A stretch of 64,000 bases of DNA, from positions 1-64,000 of the IMG/VR virus record IMGVR_UViG_3300020029_000569. One strand, written 5' to 3'. The position numbers and the translations under genes are program-made. This DNA comes from a virus. Taxonomy: Duplodnaviria > Caudoviricetes. The notes beneath the pieces were generated by a model. It saw only the letters and a list, made by a program, of their open reading frames with translations. It was not told the DNA's origin and did no database searches. Shown here in pieces: positions 29,149 to 39,918 of the stretch (position 1 is the first letter of the stretch; the number at the start of each line of letters is the position of its first letter).

Positions 29149-30282
29149 GTGGAAGATACAGTAACAAATACAGCAGCCGAAACACAAGTAGCACCACAAA
29201 ATACTACTACCGAACAAGCAGCACCACAAGCAACTACAACTACTACTGAAACAGCAGCAGGAACAGTTGATACTGAAACCACAGCAACTCCCGAAAGTAC
29301 ATCAGCAGCACCTACCGAAACTTCAACAGAAGAACAAGGAAGTGAAACAGCAACTCCGCAAGCAGTAGCACCCGCACCTAAAAAAAGTATCGAAGATATT
29401 TTAAAGGAAAACGGATACGAAGAAGAATTGCAAGTACTCCAAAACGCAAAGCAACAAAAGCAGAAAGAAGCAGAAGAAGCGGAAAAGCCATTTTCAGAAA
29501 CTAAAGAATGGGCAGCTTTAATTGACTTTAGCGCAAAAAACAAATTGGCAAACGCAGATGACTTTATCGAACACAAAAAAATTAATGCAGAAAGTAATCA
29601 AACTTTGGCATTTGAAAAATTCAAAAGCGAATTTGTAGCACCCGAAGGAAGCGAAGAACTCGAAGCGTCTGAACTGAATGAATTAATTACAGAACAGTTT
29701 AATGAAAAGTTTTTTATCAATAGCGAAAATGAAGCCCTAAAGAAAATTGGAGAAAAAGAATTAGAATCTTTTGCCAATGAAGTTAGGAAACCGATAAACG
29801 AAAAAATAGCAGTTGCTCAAAATCGTTTCGCTACTACGGCAATGTATCAACAACACCAAAAGGCACTTACTGAATTTAATAAGAATCCTCAAACGATAAC
29901 TACTAAGTTCAAAGACGATGCAGGTAATGAAATTGAACTTTCAGTTGACATAACTCCTACGCTCGAACAAGCAGAAGTTGATACTTACCTTAAATCAGAA
30001 GAAGCAAGTCCCGTACTTAAAATGATTTTTGAATCATTCACAAAGGATAGGGAACAAGGTGATAAGGGGTACGGTGCAGTACTGTCATATTTGCATCAGC
30101 AAAAATCAAAGGATATTATATCCCAAAAGATAGCTGAAAAGGCATACGAAAAAGGACTTGAAAAAGCTAAAGGATTAGCAGCAGGGGCTAAAAAGCCATT
30201 TAATTCAAAAGAAAATGCAACTCCCGAAACTACATCAGAAGAAAAACCATTAAGACAATATAGCGGAGGAAAATTCGCTTAA
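29149..30282 (+). CDS. Capsid scaffolding protein
   Basis: T/E/A-rich disordered N-terminus, acidic and helical, directly before MCP. Confidence 0.7.
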   Translation: MEDTVTNTAAETQVAPQNTTTEQAAPQATTTTTETAAGTVDTETTATPESTSAAPTETSTEEQGSETATPQAVAPAPKKSIEDILKENGYEEELQVLQNAKQQKQKEAEEAEKPFSETKEWAALIDFSAKNKLANADDFIEHKKINAESNQTLAFEKFKSEFVAPEGSEELEASELNELITEQFNEKFFINSENEALKKIGEKELESFANEVRKPINEKIAVAQNRFATTAMYQQHQKALTEFNKNPQTITTKFKDDAGNEIELSVDITPTLEQAEVDTYLKSEEASPVLKMIFESFTKDREQGDKGYGAVLSYLHQQKSKDIISQKIAEKAYEKGLEKAKGLAAGAKKPFNSKENATPETTSEEKPLRQYSGGKFA

Positions 30283-30317
30283 AACATATTTAAAACAAAA
30301 AATTAAAATTTAAAATT

Positions 30318-31796
30318 ATGGCTTGCGCAATAGAAAATTACACTACGGAACAATGTATCACTGAGGGTTTTCCTATTTATGACCAATATGCAGATATTTT
30401 ACTCCAACCAGACGTAAGAGAAGCAGCAATTAAACGTGGCAACTTGCCTAATTTCATGCTGTATCTTCAAGATTGGCGTAGAGGTTTGTTGGGTGGTTCA
30501 TCCATGTCAAGCGAGCGCGTAGTAAAAACAAGGACGTATATGTGGGAAGAAATGAACTACCATAATAATCCTTATCTGTTTACTATCGAAAAGGAACAGT
30601 CAGCAGGTGCGCCCGGTGCGCCCGTAACGGCTACTATCATTCGTCCCGTAGGTTCGGAAGGTCAAACAGCACCCGCAACAGGATATACAGCGTTTGCTAA
30701 CGTAGCAGGTGCTATCGTTCAAGTTCGTATTACAGACGTTACTGATGACCAAATCCAATTAACGCCAATTAACGGTCAAGCATTGGATTTTACAGCAGAA
30801 AATACTACATTCACGTTTGATCCAAACTATGTGTATGATGGAAACTGTGAAAACCCAATTCCTACAACGGGATGGCAACAAACACAAATGCAAATTGGTA
30901 CAGGTACTATTCAAACATACGAAAATGGTAAATGTATCTGTGATAACGCATTGACGCACTACGGGTATAACTTCATACCTAAGAAAATGCAAATGCAAGA
31001 CCCATTGACAGGCGGGTGGTTAGATACATGGTGTTTGCCAAATGCAGTACAAGACATCGTTACAGAAGGTATGTTCTACGGTCAATTTGTACAAATGATG
31101 TTTGGTCAGTATGACTTTACGCAAGACGCAGGTATCAACGGTTTAATTCCTTCTATCCTTTCACAGGGTGGATTCAATATGCCTATCAATACTTCCGATG
31201 CGAAATCAATGCTTGCGAGTTTGAAGATTATTGCGATGGAGTACTATCGTTTAAATATCAAATCATTTGATTTGTGGTGCGATATTACAATGTACACTAA
31301 CCTTAATCAAGGACTTGCTGAATTAATTGGGCCAAATAACTTTAGTTTGCCAATTTGGAACGGTGATGCAAAAGGTAATGCAGTAGCCGATTCAGGTAGC
31401 GGTCATATCGAATGGTACGGTTTCCGTTCTTTAGGAAATCTGTTGGGTATGGATATTGATGTTCGTATCAATGTAATTCAAGGATGGGAACAAATGAGCC
31501 TTTTCCAAGTGTACAAAGATTTCGCTATCCTGATGCCAAATACTCCATACATGACACAAGATGGTGCTGCAATTCCACAAATTGAAATCACTCGTTTGGC
31601 AGGTTGTGAAGCATGGCAGGTTGCACCAAGAAACTCTTATGGTAGCCGTATGTGGTACTATGATTTCAGACAACAAGGTGGTAGAAAACTTGAAATTTAT
31701 GGCAAAAATGAATTTGGCATGGACATTCACGGGTTGCCATTCATGGGTATTTTAACAGGTAATCAATGTCCTTTAAATTACCAAGTGGTAGCGTAA
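30318..31796 (+). CDS. Major capsid protein
   Basis: 492 aa after the scaffold; YMWEE, GINGLIP motifs; highly-expressed codon bias (CGT, TTC, AAC). Confidence 0.8.
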   Translation: MACAIENYTTEQCITEGFPIYDQYADILLQPDVREAAIKRGNLPNFMLYLQDWRRGLLGGSSMSSERVVKTRTYMWEEMNYHNNPYLFTIEKEQSAGAPGAPVTATIIRPVGSEGQTAPATGYTAFANVAGAIVQVRITDVTDDQIQLTPINGQALDFTAENTTFTFDPNYVYDGNCENPIPTTGWQQTQMQIGTGTIQTYENGKCICDNALTHYGYNFIPKKMQMQDPLTGGWLDTWCLPNAVQDIVTEGMFYGQFVQMMFGQYDFTQDAGINGLIPSILSQGGFNMPINTSDAKSMLASLKIIAMEYYRLNIKSFDLWCDITMYTNLNQGLAELIGPNNFSLPIWNGDAKGNAVADSGSGHIEWYGFRSLGNLLGMDIDVRINVIQGWEQMSLFQVYKDFAILMPNTPYMTQDGAAIPQIEITRLAGCEAWQVAPRNSYGSRMWYYDFRQQGGRKLEIYGKNEFGMDIHGLPFMGILTGNQCPLNYQVVA

Positions 31797-31834
31797 TCAA
31801 TTAAACATTTAACTATTAAACCAAATATAAAAAA

Positions 31835-32764
31835 ATGTCAGTAATACAATTACATATTTCCCCAAACAAAAAACCCGTAGAGCGTATATCTAATGGGATT
31901 GTGGATAGCAAAACAGGTGAGTACAAAGGCAGACAAAACATAAAAAGTTTGCGTTACCCACCAAAGCAATTCATACCATACAGCTATACAGCCTATGTGC
32001 AGAAGATTGATGATGGGGCAAATTATAAAGGTCAAATTAAGTTCTTATCATTAAATGAAGAAGGTGGTGAGTTTATGGAAATTCGATATTTGCAAGGATG
32101 TCCTTCTCTTGACAGAAAATGGCAAGAAGCAAAAGGATACAAACCCGTAAATGCAAAAGACGGAATGGGTGAGTTTTTTCAAGGGGCTACTTTTGTAGAT
32201 ATTCCCGAAGAACCAACTAATTTGTTATACCGAATGATGATTAGTAATCACCCTAACAACAGTGATAACCCACATCGTCCAAAAACATCGCCTGTTTACT
32301 TTAAAGTTCGTAATGGCAAAAATGATGTAGACTCAAGGAAAGCTAAAATGCTTTATGAAAAGAAATTGGCAGACTTCAAATTAGACCTTGCAACAGACGA
32401 TAATACGGCAGAAGTATTCTCAATTATCTACAAGATAAAACCCGAATACGAACTGAACGTAAGACGAGAAAAGGTAATGGAGAAGTTTGATGAACCTAAT
32501 GGAGTTGAGAGCGTAATGAAAAGAGCAAGTGATTTCTTTGAAGCATTGCAAAATACATTCCAACACTATTTGAATAACAATGTTATTGAGGTAGTAAAAG
32601 AAGAAGTTATTTTCAAAGCAGACAAAAAACCATTAGGACTTTCAGTTAAGTTAGGTGCTAATCCTGAAAAGTACGCAGAACTATTCGTAAAAAAATGTAA
32701 TAAAGACCACGAAATATTATCAGCGTGGTTGGAAATTGAAAAAAAATTAAACAACAAAAATTAA
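31835..32764 (+). CDS. Conserved post-MCP protein (crAss-like)
   Basis: EIRY..G.PS....Q and HP.N motifs; position after MCP. Confidence 0.55.
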   Translation: MSVIQLHISPNKKPVERISNGIVDSKTGEYKGRQNIKSLRYPPKQFIPYSYTAYVQKIDDGANYKGQIKFLSLNEEGGEFMEIRYLQGCPSLDRKWQEAKGYKPVNAKDGMGEFFQGATFVDIPEEPTNLLYRMMISNHPNNSDNPHRPKTSPVYFKVRNGKNDVDSRKAKMLYEKKLADFKLDLATDDNTAEVFSIIYKIKPEYELNVRREKVMEKFDEPNGVESVMKRASDFFEALQNTFQHYLNNNVIEVVKEEVIFKADKKPLGLSVKLGANPEKYAELFVKKCNKDHEILSAWLEIEKKLNNKN

Positions 32765-32778
32765 AAATTTAATATATT

Positions 32779-33393
32779 ATGGCAACAGTAACTAATGGCT
32801 TCAAAATTTGGGATTCAACTAACTTTATTAGCTGCTGCTCCGCAGGTAGCGGTTCAGGAGACCCTTCAAATGTCATTCAATGCGGTGAAGGTTGGAATCC
32901 AAGACCAGCGCAAATAACCCCCAAATATAATTGTGATATTGGTACAATAACATGGTTTTTGAATGACAACATTACTGGGTCATATCCATCGGTAGATGGT
33001 GCAAGAAACGGTATTGCAGTCACCAATCCAATGACAAATGAAGTTACTCTTTGGGACGTAACAGGTTCTACACCTGCCGAAAAACTTGCAGAATTTTTGC
33101 CGATTTGTAATTGTACGGACTGTACAGGTAATGTGGATTCATTAGCAGGCGAGTACGAATGTGATTACCCAGATGTTCCTGTGGATGCTTATTGCTATAA
33201 TGTTGTATTCGTAGGTGACGGACGAGACAATACATTGAAACTATTTGCAATGAGATATAACGCATACCTAGTAGGCTATCCATTCCAAACAGCTTACAAC
33301 CCTACAACCGGCAGCACAACTTATAGAGTTTGTCTGAACAGACCTATTGCACAAATAGGAAATCCATCAAGTCAAACTTGGACGTTGGTTTAA
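32779..33393 (+). CDS. Cys-rich structural (decoration-like) protein
   Basis: Last gene before a strong terminator; beta-rich. Confidence 0.5.
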   Translation: MATVTNGFKIWDSTNFISCCSAGSGSGDPSNVIQCGEGWNPRPAQITPKYNCDIGTITWFLNDNITGSYPSVDGARNGIAVTNPMTNEVTLWDVTGSTPAEKLAEFLPICNCTDCTGNVDSLAGEYECDYPDVPVDAYCYNVVFVGDGRDNTLKLFAMRYNAYLVGYPFQTAYNPTTGSTTYRVCLNRPIAQIGNPSSQTWTLV

Positions 33394-33421
33394 TAGGGGT
33401 ATTTTAATATTTACCACCGTT

Positions 33422-33454
33422 GGGGTTGCCGTGAACGGTAGCCCCATTTTTTTT
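33422..33454 (+). terminator. Intrinsic terminator after the capsid operon
   Basis: GGGGTTGCCG-TGAA-CGGTAGCCCC then A and T9. Confidence 0.88.
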
Positions 33455-33477
33455 AAATAACACAAAATTAAAATGTA

Positions 33478-36336
33478 ATGGCCTGTACAAATCCTATATA
33501 CATAAATACAACAAACGTAGACAACTTTGGGTTTTCTACAACATTTAGTCCATACGGATTAGCACCTATAACGCCAAGTGTAACCTTTGATATTGATGGT
33601 TATACGGAATTTAAAGCAGGTGGTGAAGCTAACATTACCCAAATTAATTTTGAAGTTCTTGATCCGCAAGAAAATACATACACCGCTACTATAAACCCAT
33701 CATTATCAGAAACAATGGTAACGATAGAAAACCTTGTAGGTGGACTTTTGTATTTTGGTACTTATCATATCAAAGGGACATTAATAGAGGCGAATGCAAG
33801 TACTTATGTTATAGAGTTTGATGTTGAAGTATGTGATAGTAATTTGTTAGGTGGAAACTCAAACAACTTTATACAAGGTTGCATAAATGCAGAAGCAAAC
33901 TGCGTAACAGCAAAACTTACAATTACCGACCAAAACAGTTATATCTACAATAAGAAAACACCCGAATTTGTAGAGTATGAAGCAAAAATGTGGTTGCCTA
34001 ATAACCCTGACGGTGGACTTGAAGAATTTAACTTTAATGATTTACCATACGTTAAAACACTCGCAGGGTATTACACAGGGGTTTATCAAATATCAGTCAC
34101 ATCGGTAGCGACATACGCTCTTAATTGCGGTGCTTTTTTAGCAATTACATATAAGAGCGCATTGACTAAAACTATTGATTGTACAGCAGCTATATGTGAA
34201 TTGAATTGTTGTTGGGCAGAAAGTAATCAGATAGCAGCAAGTGGTGGACAGAAAGCAGGACAAATGCAAGAAAAAGTAGATGCCGCCACTCCTTATTATT
34301 TAGAAGCATTTGGTAATTATTTCTGTGGTAAAAATGCAGAAAAAGCCATTGCTAAAGTAAATGAAATTTTAGGGTGTAGCTGTACTTGCAGACAATACGT
34401 TATTCAACCCGCACCAATAACATTAGGCACAGCAAATGTATTTGGAGAGTGCGGCACAGTAGTTGAATTAGACGACAATGGAGATATTCGTATTCATTCA
34501 TTAGCCTATTCAATTACAAAAGGAGACCCTTCCGATTTAGGGTATAGCATAGTGACAACTCAAATAAATGATTGTACAAAACGTACAGTAATTAGTTTTG
34601 ACTACAATGTATTACAACAAAACATTCTGAACGCTATTGCTAACAACCCACAATATATTTTGAATTGGCAGGAAGTGTTAGGGATTACAGATTGTCCTTG
34701 CGATGGAGTTCAAATAGACAATGGTGCTTCGTTAGTTACGTTAAATACACAAAGTCCTGATTTTACTACATTGGAAGATACATACTTCGTAAAAAACGAT
34801 ATACTGACAGGCGTAGAATACAAAGACGAAACAACTATTGTCGGTGGTACTATTGATTACATAAAATACACAGACCAAATCATTCAGCAATCGGGAGTGC
34901 TTCAAAACGCAGGTGGCAATATCACATTACCTTGTGGTGTTTGTGGAGAAAACATTACTGACTTATCGGGATATAAATTAATTACAGAAACGCATACTAC
35001 TTGCGGATGTGTGGAGATGAAACAATGCGACCTTGAAACGCCTTATGTTGATTATAGTGAAAGATATGGATTTGCTTATAGATTTAATCCACAAATTGAA
35101 GAACCTTGTTATACTACATATACAGAAGTAATTGACGGAGACCCTTATACCATGTATAAAATTTACTTTGGAGATACTGAAAATGATAGTTCATGGGCAG
35201 CTATAAGGGTAGCAATATTAAAAGTAGATAATGTAGGTGTAGTGTCATTGCATGAGACAAGAACGGTAATAGGTGCAGACTTTAATGACATAGATACTCC
35301 AACAACAAATAATACATGGGGCAATCAAGTGGCACTTAATAGACCAAGTTCTGTGAATTTAGATTTTGATGAAATTGTAAACGGAGAACCCGTATTATAT
35401 TTTTCTACTTTTGGAGGCTATATATGTCGTGCAGTACGGGAAAGAAGTAGCGAGTGTGATGAAAGAGCAAATTGGAAGGTATATGTAATTGCAACTACAA
35501 GCGGTAGTTTGTATGGTGTAAAGAAATTTATTATTGATTCAAGCGGGAATAGATCATTTATATTTTACAACAACTCAACACAAAAGTTATATTCACTGAC
35601 GTATGATAACATCGGTTCAAAAAACGATTCTGCAAATTGGATAGTTACTGACTTAAACATATCATGTATAGGTACGGGTGCAAATTTTAATATAGAATTG
35701 ACTAAGAATTGGATATTTGTGTTAAGCGAAGGGGCTGTTAATTTAGTAATATACACGGGCGGCACTTTGATAGCGAATATTGCCAATCCTGCCAATTATA
35801 GTTCTTATGTGATGTGTGGTAATTTGTCAGCAACAGCAACCTCGTATATTGACGGAGATGGATTGACAGCAACAATATGGAAACCCACATGGATTCAGAA
35901 AATAGTAGTAGGTGGTGATGATAGATATTATTTTGGAAATATTGACCCTGATATTACCAACAACTATATTAAATTATCTTATGTAAGATATGTAGAACTA
36001 AGAGGCGACCCTACAACAACAGCAGATTGGGAATTTAATACTGATATAGTAGTTAACAACAATTCAATATTAGCAGGTGGTACATGGAATCCAGATGTAA
36101 GTAGTAATGTAAACGGTGCAAGTCAAGGTATGTTTGTTTTAGGCGGCACAGGTTCAATAGCAGTGTCAATGCTGTTCTATGGTATTAAATTGTTTAATTT
36201 TACAACTCATACAGTTTCTTTATTATCAGGACAAGCAACAGCAAACGGCAATTTGCAAACAAGCCTATTCATGGATTCTCAGTGGAGTTATGATTTAACT
36301 AATTGCGAAGGTGGTGGTAGTGGTAGTGGGGAATAA
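33478..36336 (+). CDS. Cys-rich virion protein (tail hub/appendage) with a beta-propeller-like C-terminal half
   Basis: Ig-like N-terminus, Cys clusters, LNRPSSV / WKPTWI NHL-like blades. Confidence 0.55.
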   Translation: MACTNPIYINTTNVDNFGFSTTFSPYGLAPITPSVTFDIDGYTEFKAGGEANITQINFEVLDPQENTYTATINPSLSETMVTIENLVGGLLYFGTYHIKGTLIEANASTYVIEFDVEVCDSNLLGGNSNNFIQGCINAEANCVTAKLTITDQNSYIYNKKTPEFVEYEAKMWLPNNPDGGLEEFNFNDLPYVKTLAGYYTGVYQISVTSVATYALNCGAFLAITYKSALTKTIDCTAAICELNCCWAESNQIAASGGQKAGQMQEKVDAATPYYLEAFGNYFCGKNAEKAIAKVNEILGCSCTCRQYVIQPAPITLGTANVFGECGTVVELDDNGDIRIHSLAYSITKGDPSDLGYSIVTTQINDCTKRTVISFDYNVLQQNILNAIANNPQYILNWQEVLGITDCPCDGVQIDNGASLVTLNTQSPDFTTLEDTYFVKNDILTGVEYKDETTIVGGTIDYIKYTDQIIQQSGVLQNAGGNITLPCGVCGENITDLSGYKLITETHTTCGCVEMKQCDLETPYVDYSERYGFAYRFNPQIEEPCYTTYTEVIDGDPYTMYKIYFGDTENDSSWAAIRVAILKVDNVGVVSLHETRTVIGADFNDIDTPTTNNTWGNQVALNRPSSVNLDFDEIVNGEPVLYFSTFGGYICRAVRERSSECDERANWKVYVIATTSGSLYGVKKFIIDSSGNRSFIFYNNSTQKLYSLTYDNIGSKNDSANWIVTDLNISCIGTGANFNIELTKNWIFVLSEGAVNLVIYTGGTLIANIANPANYSSYVMCGNLSATATSYIDGDGLTATIWKPTWIQKIVVGGDDRYYFGNIDPDITNNYIKLSYVRYVELRGDPTTTADWEFNTDIVVNNNSILAGGTWNPDVSSNVNGASQGMFVLGGTGSIAVSMLFYGIKLFNFTTHTVSLLSGQATANGNLQTSLFMDSQWSYDLTNCEGGGSGSGE

Positions 36337-36347
36337 ACAATAATATT

Positions 36348-37112
36348 ATGGCAAACAATATAGTTACATTTCAAGAGTTAGTATTAGAGTGCGTGCATCT
36401 ATCAATGAATCACGATCAAAATGCACAATTACCACCACAGATAATTTCGGTAGCTACAAGACTTTCAACGGATTTTATACTTTCAGAATTAGTCAGAGTA
36501 TTCCCGTATTCAACGTCTATTCTTGACAAAGGAAGACCATTCCTTAAAAGAAAATTAGTTTCAGTAGTAGATGGGATTGCCACTTTTCCTGACGATTATA
36601 GAGATATTTTACAAATAAGTATTGCAACTAATAAAAGTGCAACAAGTGGTTGCAATTGTGGTGAAGAAGTTGATGAATGCTATAAAGTTGACGACCATTG
36701 CACTCCCGTTGAAAAAGCACCAATAAGAAAAGAAAAGTGTTATTTTGTAAAGGTAAATATCGTAGATAATGATGCTTACGCTGATGCTACAACAAGCGAA
36801 CTAATACCACCAACATTAAAGAACCCTATTGGAATGTTTATTAATAGGCAACAGTTTAAAATATGCCCTGTTGATGGAATTTCACATATCGAAATAATCT
36901 ATATTAAGCATCCTTTAAAGTATAATATAGGTTATACAATCATGCCAGACGACACATGGCAAATTGACCCTGCAACAACTATTGAACCCGAATGGGAACG
37001 TACTGTAAACCCCGAATTGTTTAAATGTATAACTTCACTTTTAGGACTTCATGTAAGAGATGGAAATTTTATACAATGGAATAATGAATTGAAAAAAATA
37101 GGAATGTTTTAA
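36348..37112 (+). CDS. Tail ring/adaptor protein
   Basis: PPTLKNPI...IIYIKHP....GY....PEW pattern of crAss-like ring proteins. Confidence 0.65.
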   Translation: MANNIVTFQELVLECVHLSMNHDQNAQLPPQIISVATRLSTDFILSELVRVFPYSTSILDKGRPFLKRKLVSVVDGIATFPDDYRDILQISIATNKSATSGCNCGEEVDECYKVDDHCTPVEKAPIRKEKCYFVKVNIVDNDAYADATTSELIPPTLKNPIGMFINRQQFKICPVDGISHIEIIYIKHPLKYNIGYTIMPDDTWQIDPATTIEPEWERTVNPELFKCITSLLGLHVRDGNFIQWNNELKKIGMF

Positions 37113-37147
37113 TTATCTTTGTAATCAACAAAAAACTATAATAAAAA

Positions 37148-37258
37148 ATGGAAAATCTAACAAGCAAATCAAAAATCTTCATCGAAGAAGCGTGTGGTAG
37201 TTGTGGTGGAAAGAAACCAAGTACTTACCCAAGACCACCTAAAAAACCAACACGATAA
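37148..37258 (+). CDS. 36-aa basic CxxC peptide (not in ORF track)
   Basis: MENLTSKSKIFIEEACGSCGGKKPSTYPRPPKKPTR; TATCTTTG at 37114-37121; TAATG coupling to the next gene. Confidence 0.6.
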   Translation: MENLTSKSKIFIEEACGSCGGKKPSTYPRPPKKPTR

Positions 37259-37893
37259 TGGAACACATTTGGCTATCATATATCATTCACTTTGTTATCT
37301 CTATCATTGCAGGTAGTCTTTTCTGTATTGGTTTATTTCAAAGTGCGCAAGGGGAATCATCTATTAAACCTGACGGAAGCGAAAGTACCGATTGGGGAAT
37401 GATTTTTTACCCAATCACTAAATTCCTTTCAAGGAAAAATTACATTGATATTTTCTACATTGGTTGGCAATTAGAAGATTTGTATAACCGTATCAAATGT
37501 GATTTTAGACAGCATAGCGATGTCATAGAAGCAATGGGAGTTACTGAAAGTGAAATAACAATTGGAAACCCTGATTTATTGCAAATGTGGGAAATGCTGA
37601 TTTGTGATATTAAAAAGAAATACAAAATAGAAGGTTATATCCAAGACGATAGAGTTTTATTTTACGAAACCTACGAACAGCCCGTTTTCGGAGGTTGGAG
37701 AAAACCGCTTCTATTATGCTACAAATGCTATGCTTCTATTTGGGGTACGATTATATTTATCCTAATGAGTATGTTTTCCATTAAAACGGGATTGATACCC
37801 AAAGATTTTTATATTCTGATACCTATGTGGGTGATTTACGTTTTCTCATTGGTAGTGGCAAATATGTACTTAGAAAAAAAAGTAAGAGGGTAA
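37258..37893 (+). CDS. Three-TM membrane protein with CxxC (DUF1360-like)
   Basis: Hydrophobic segments; KPLLLCYKCYASIWG. Confidence 0.6.
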   Translation: MEHIWLSYIIHFVISIIAGSLFCIGLFQSAQGESSIKPDGSESTDWGMIFYPITKFLSRKNYIDIFYIGWQLEDLYNRIKCDFRQHSDVIEAMGVTESEITIGNPDLLQMWEMLICDIKKKYKIEGYIQDDRVLFYETYEQPVFGGWRKPLLLCYKCYASIWGTIIFILMSMFSIKTGLIPKDFYILIPMWVIYVFSLVVANMYLEKKVRG

Positions 37894-37895
37894 CA

Positions 37896-38507
37896 ATGAC
37901 AATTATACAAGGCGCAGAACTGATACAGCAACTCGTAAAAAACGGAGTTATTAGGGGTAAGGATACCCTTACAAGAGAAGTTTATGTGTACTTAGTTACC
38001 ACCGCAAGGGATTACATTCTTTTTCAAAAGAAACAAGGTGGGGATATACTTACAACCAACGCATCGGTAGTAACCCAACCCAAAGAATACCAAATACAAA
38101 ACAATACCGTTATTCTCCCAAAAGGATATAACATACAAGGTATCACTTCACTCGAATTGCTGACTAAAGGAGGTAATTATTTAGATCATTCAATATTTCC
38201 ATTATACGCAGGTGCTAAAAATATAGTGGATAATATGTTTACCTATTACATTCCATTGGCAGGAAGTATCGAATTTAAAAACTTACCTTTTAATGCAGGA
38301 AAAGTAAGGATATATTCAGTAGCAGGTTCAGACATTAATGATAATGTAAGCAATGATATTATGTATTTAATCCTAAAAGAAGTAATGAAATTAGGACAAA
38401 TGAGTGAAGAAAAACGAAAAGATACAAGTGCTGACGGAAACACTACCGATGATATTTTACAAGCACAAATCAGAACTCAAACCAATGTACCTAACCAAGT
38501 AGTGTAA
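37896..38507 (+). CDS. Probable ring/structural protein
   Basis: ATG MTIIQG; C-terminal D.S.DG motif; position in the tail module. Confidence 0.5.
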   Translation: MTIIQGAELIQQLVKNGVIRGKDTLTREVYVYLVTTARDYILFQKKQGGDILTTNASVVTQPKEYQIQNNTVILPKGYNIQGITSLELLTKGGNYLDHSIFPLYAGAKNIVDNMFTYYIPLAGSIEFKNLPFNAGKVRIYSVAGSDINDNVSNDIMYLILKEVMKLGQMSEEKRKDTSADGNTTDDILQAQIRTQTNVPNQVV

Positions 38508-38524
38508 ACTTTAAAACAAACAAA

Positions 38525-38848
38525 ATGGAAATTAGAGACTTTTACGGAAATGGAACAGTAATGGAAGAAACCGTTAAGGATATTGCTCCAAAAGTTCAAA
38601 CTACAATCACAGTAAGAGATAAAGAAATTTATCGTGAATTGCCAGAGGGTGCAACTATTACCGAAGAAAATGTAGATATTGTAGTTGAAGAAATAGAAAA
38701 TGGATGGATGAAAACCGTTAACCGATATTGCCGATTTATGAAAAAAGAAGTGGACGGTGAAGAAGAATACGATTCGTACTACAATACCAAGAAATACTAT
38801 TCAAAAAACAAACCAGTTGATATAGAACTAACCTACGCAGTTTCGTAA
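38525..38848 (+). CDS. Hypothetical protein
   Basis: VEEIENGW motif. Confidence 0.55.
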   Translation: MEIRDFYGNGTVMEETVKDIAPKVQTTITVRDKEIYRELPEGATITEENVDIVVEEIENGWMKTVNRYCRFMKKEVDGEEEYDSYYNTKKYYSKNKPVDIELTYAVS

Positions 38849-38849
38849 A

Positions 38850-39917
38850 ATGGCAATTTTAACTAACTATATAAAAGCAAGTGATGTAATTCAGCAACGA
38901 TGTTTGCGTGATGAAGATTTTGCAATGAGCAAAGCACCCGTTTTATTGAGTTATTTGCCAACGGTATATAACGATTTAAAATTCGAGGGAACTAAAACAA
39001 CCGTGTATCGAAAGTATTACATAAACAAAGAAAACAATACCCTTGCAATACCTAATGACTGCTTATTATTAGTAGCTGTTGGTTATGAGAATGAATGCGG
39101 TAGTATAGTAGGTATGTGGTATAATGATGGACTGCCAAGAGATATTTTATTTGAGAATAGACACGATTGTGGGTGTGATATTTGTGGTGATGAAAATAGT
39201 TTATGTTCAAGTGTCCGTGAATTTGATAATGTAGAACAAACCGTTGTTATATTTGGAGAACCTTATACTAACATAACCAATACCTCTATTTTAGATGATG
39301 GACGTATCTTGCAATACACTAAAACTTACATGGCATCTGATGGAAGTGGGGATGAAGAAGAAGTTATTTTTGTTGAAAAAACTGAACAAATTTGCTCATT
39401 GGAATTGTCCCCTTGTGGATGTATTGCCAAAACAGAAGATAACCAAAATAAGCTAAAGGATTTAGATAAGACTTGTTGCTCATTATCTACTAATTGCGGC
39501 ACTTATGACAAAAAATGTTGCACCAATAAAGACCCTAATAGTTTTACCTTAGATATTCAAGGCAGACTGATAGTATTTTCTCCTAATTATTTAAAAGACT
39601 ATGCCATTATTAAGTATGTCACAGCAGTCAATAGTGCAGGGGATTATCAAATTCCGTCATTGGCATTGGAAGCGGTATTAGCAGGGTTAAAATATTATTC
39701 CGAAAGTGAAAATCCCAAAGCAGCACCTTATACAAGAGGTCAAGGCGGTATGTATCATAAAATGTACACTGCCGCTATGAATAAATTTATAAAACGTATC
39801 CGTCCTATGCCTTATCAGAGGTATATGAAAGCAATGGGAGTTGTACCCGTTCATTTACGTCAAGGATACTTTAATACACCACTACTTTCATCTAATGTAA
39901 ACAATAAAAAATACTAA
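38850..39917 (+). CDS. Tail ring/tubular protein with Cys-rich insert
   Basis: IPNDC...GRLIVFS..AIIKY...G.YQIP..ALEAV; precedes the nozzle gene. Confidence 0.65.
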   Translation: MAILTNYIKASDVIQQRCLRDEDFAMSKAPVLLSYLPTVYNDLKFEGTKTTVYRKYYINKENNTLAIPNDCLLLVAVGYENECGSIVGMWYNDGLPRDILFENRHDCGCDICGDENSLCSSVREFDNVEQTVVIFGEPYTNITNTSILDDGRILQYTKTYMASDGSGDEEEVIFVEKTEQICSLELSPCGCIAKTEDNQNKLKDLDKTCCSLSTNCGTYDKKCCTNKDPNSFTLDIQGRLIVFSPNYLKDYAIIKYVTAVNSAGDYQIPSLALEAVLAGLKYYSESENPKAAPYTRGQGGMYHKMYTAAMNKFIKRIRPMPYQRYMKAMGVVPVHLRQGYFNTPLLSSNVNNKKY

Positions 39918-39918
39918 A

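Noticed and set aside
29139-29576. 145-aa antisense ORF, and similar antisense ORFs under the giant gene
   Set aside because: Shadows of low-complexity sense coding; no start context
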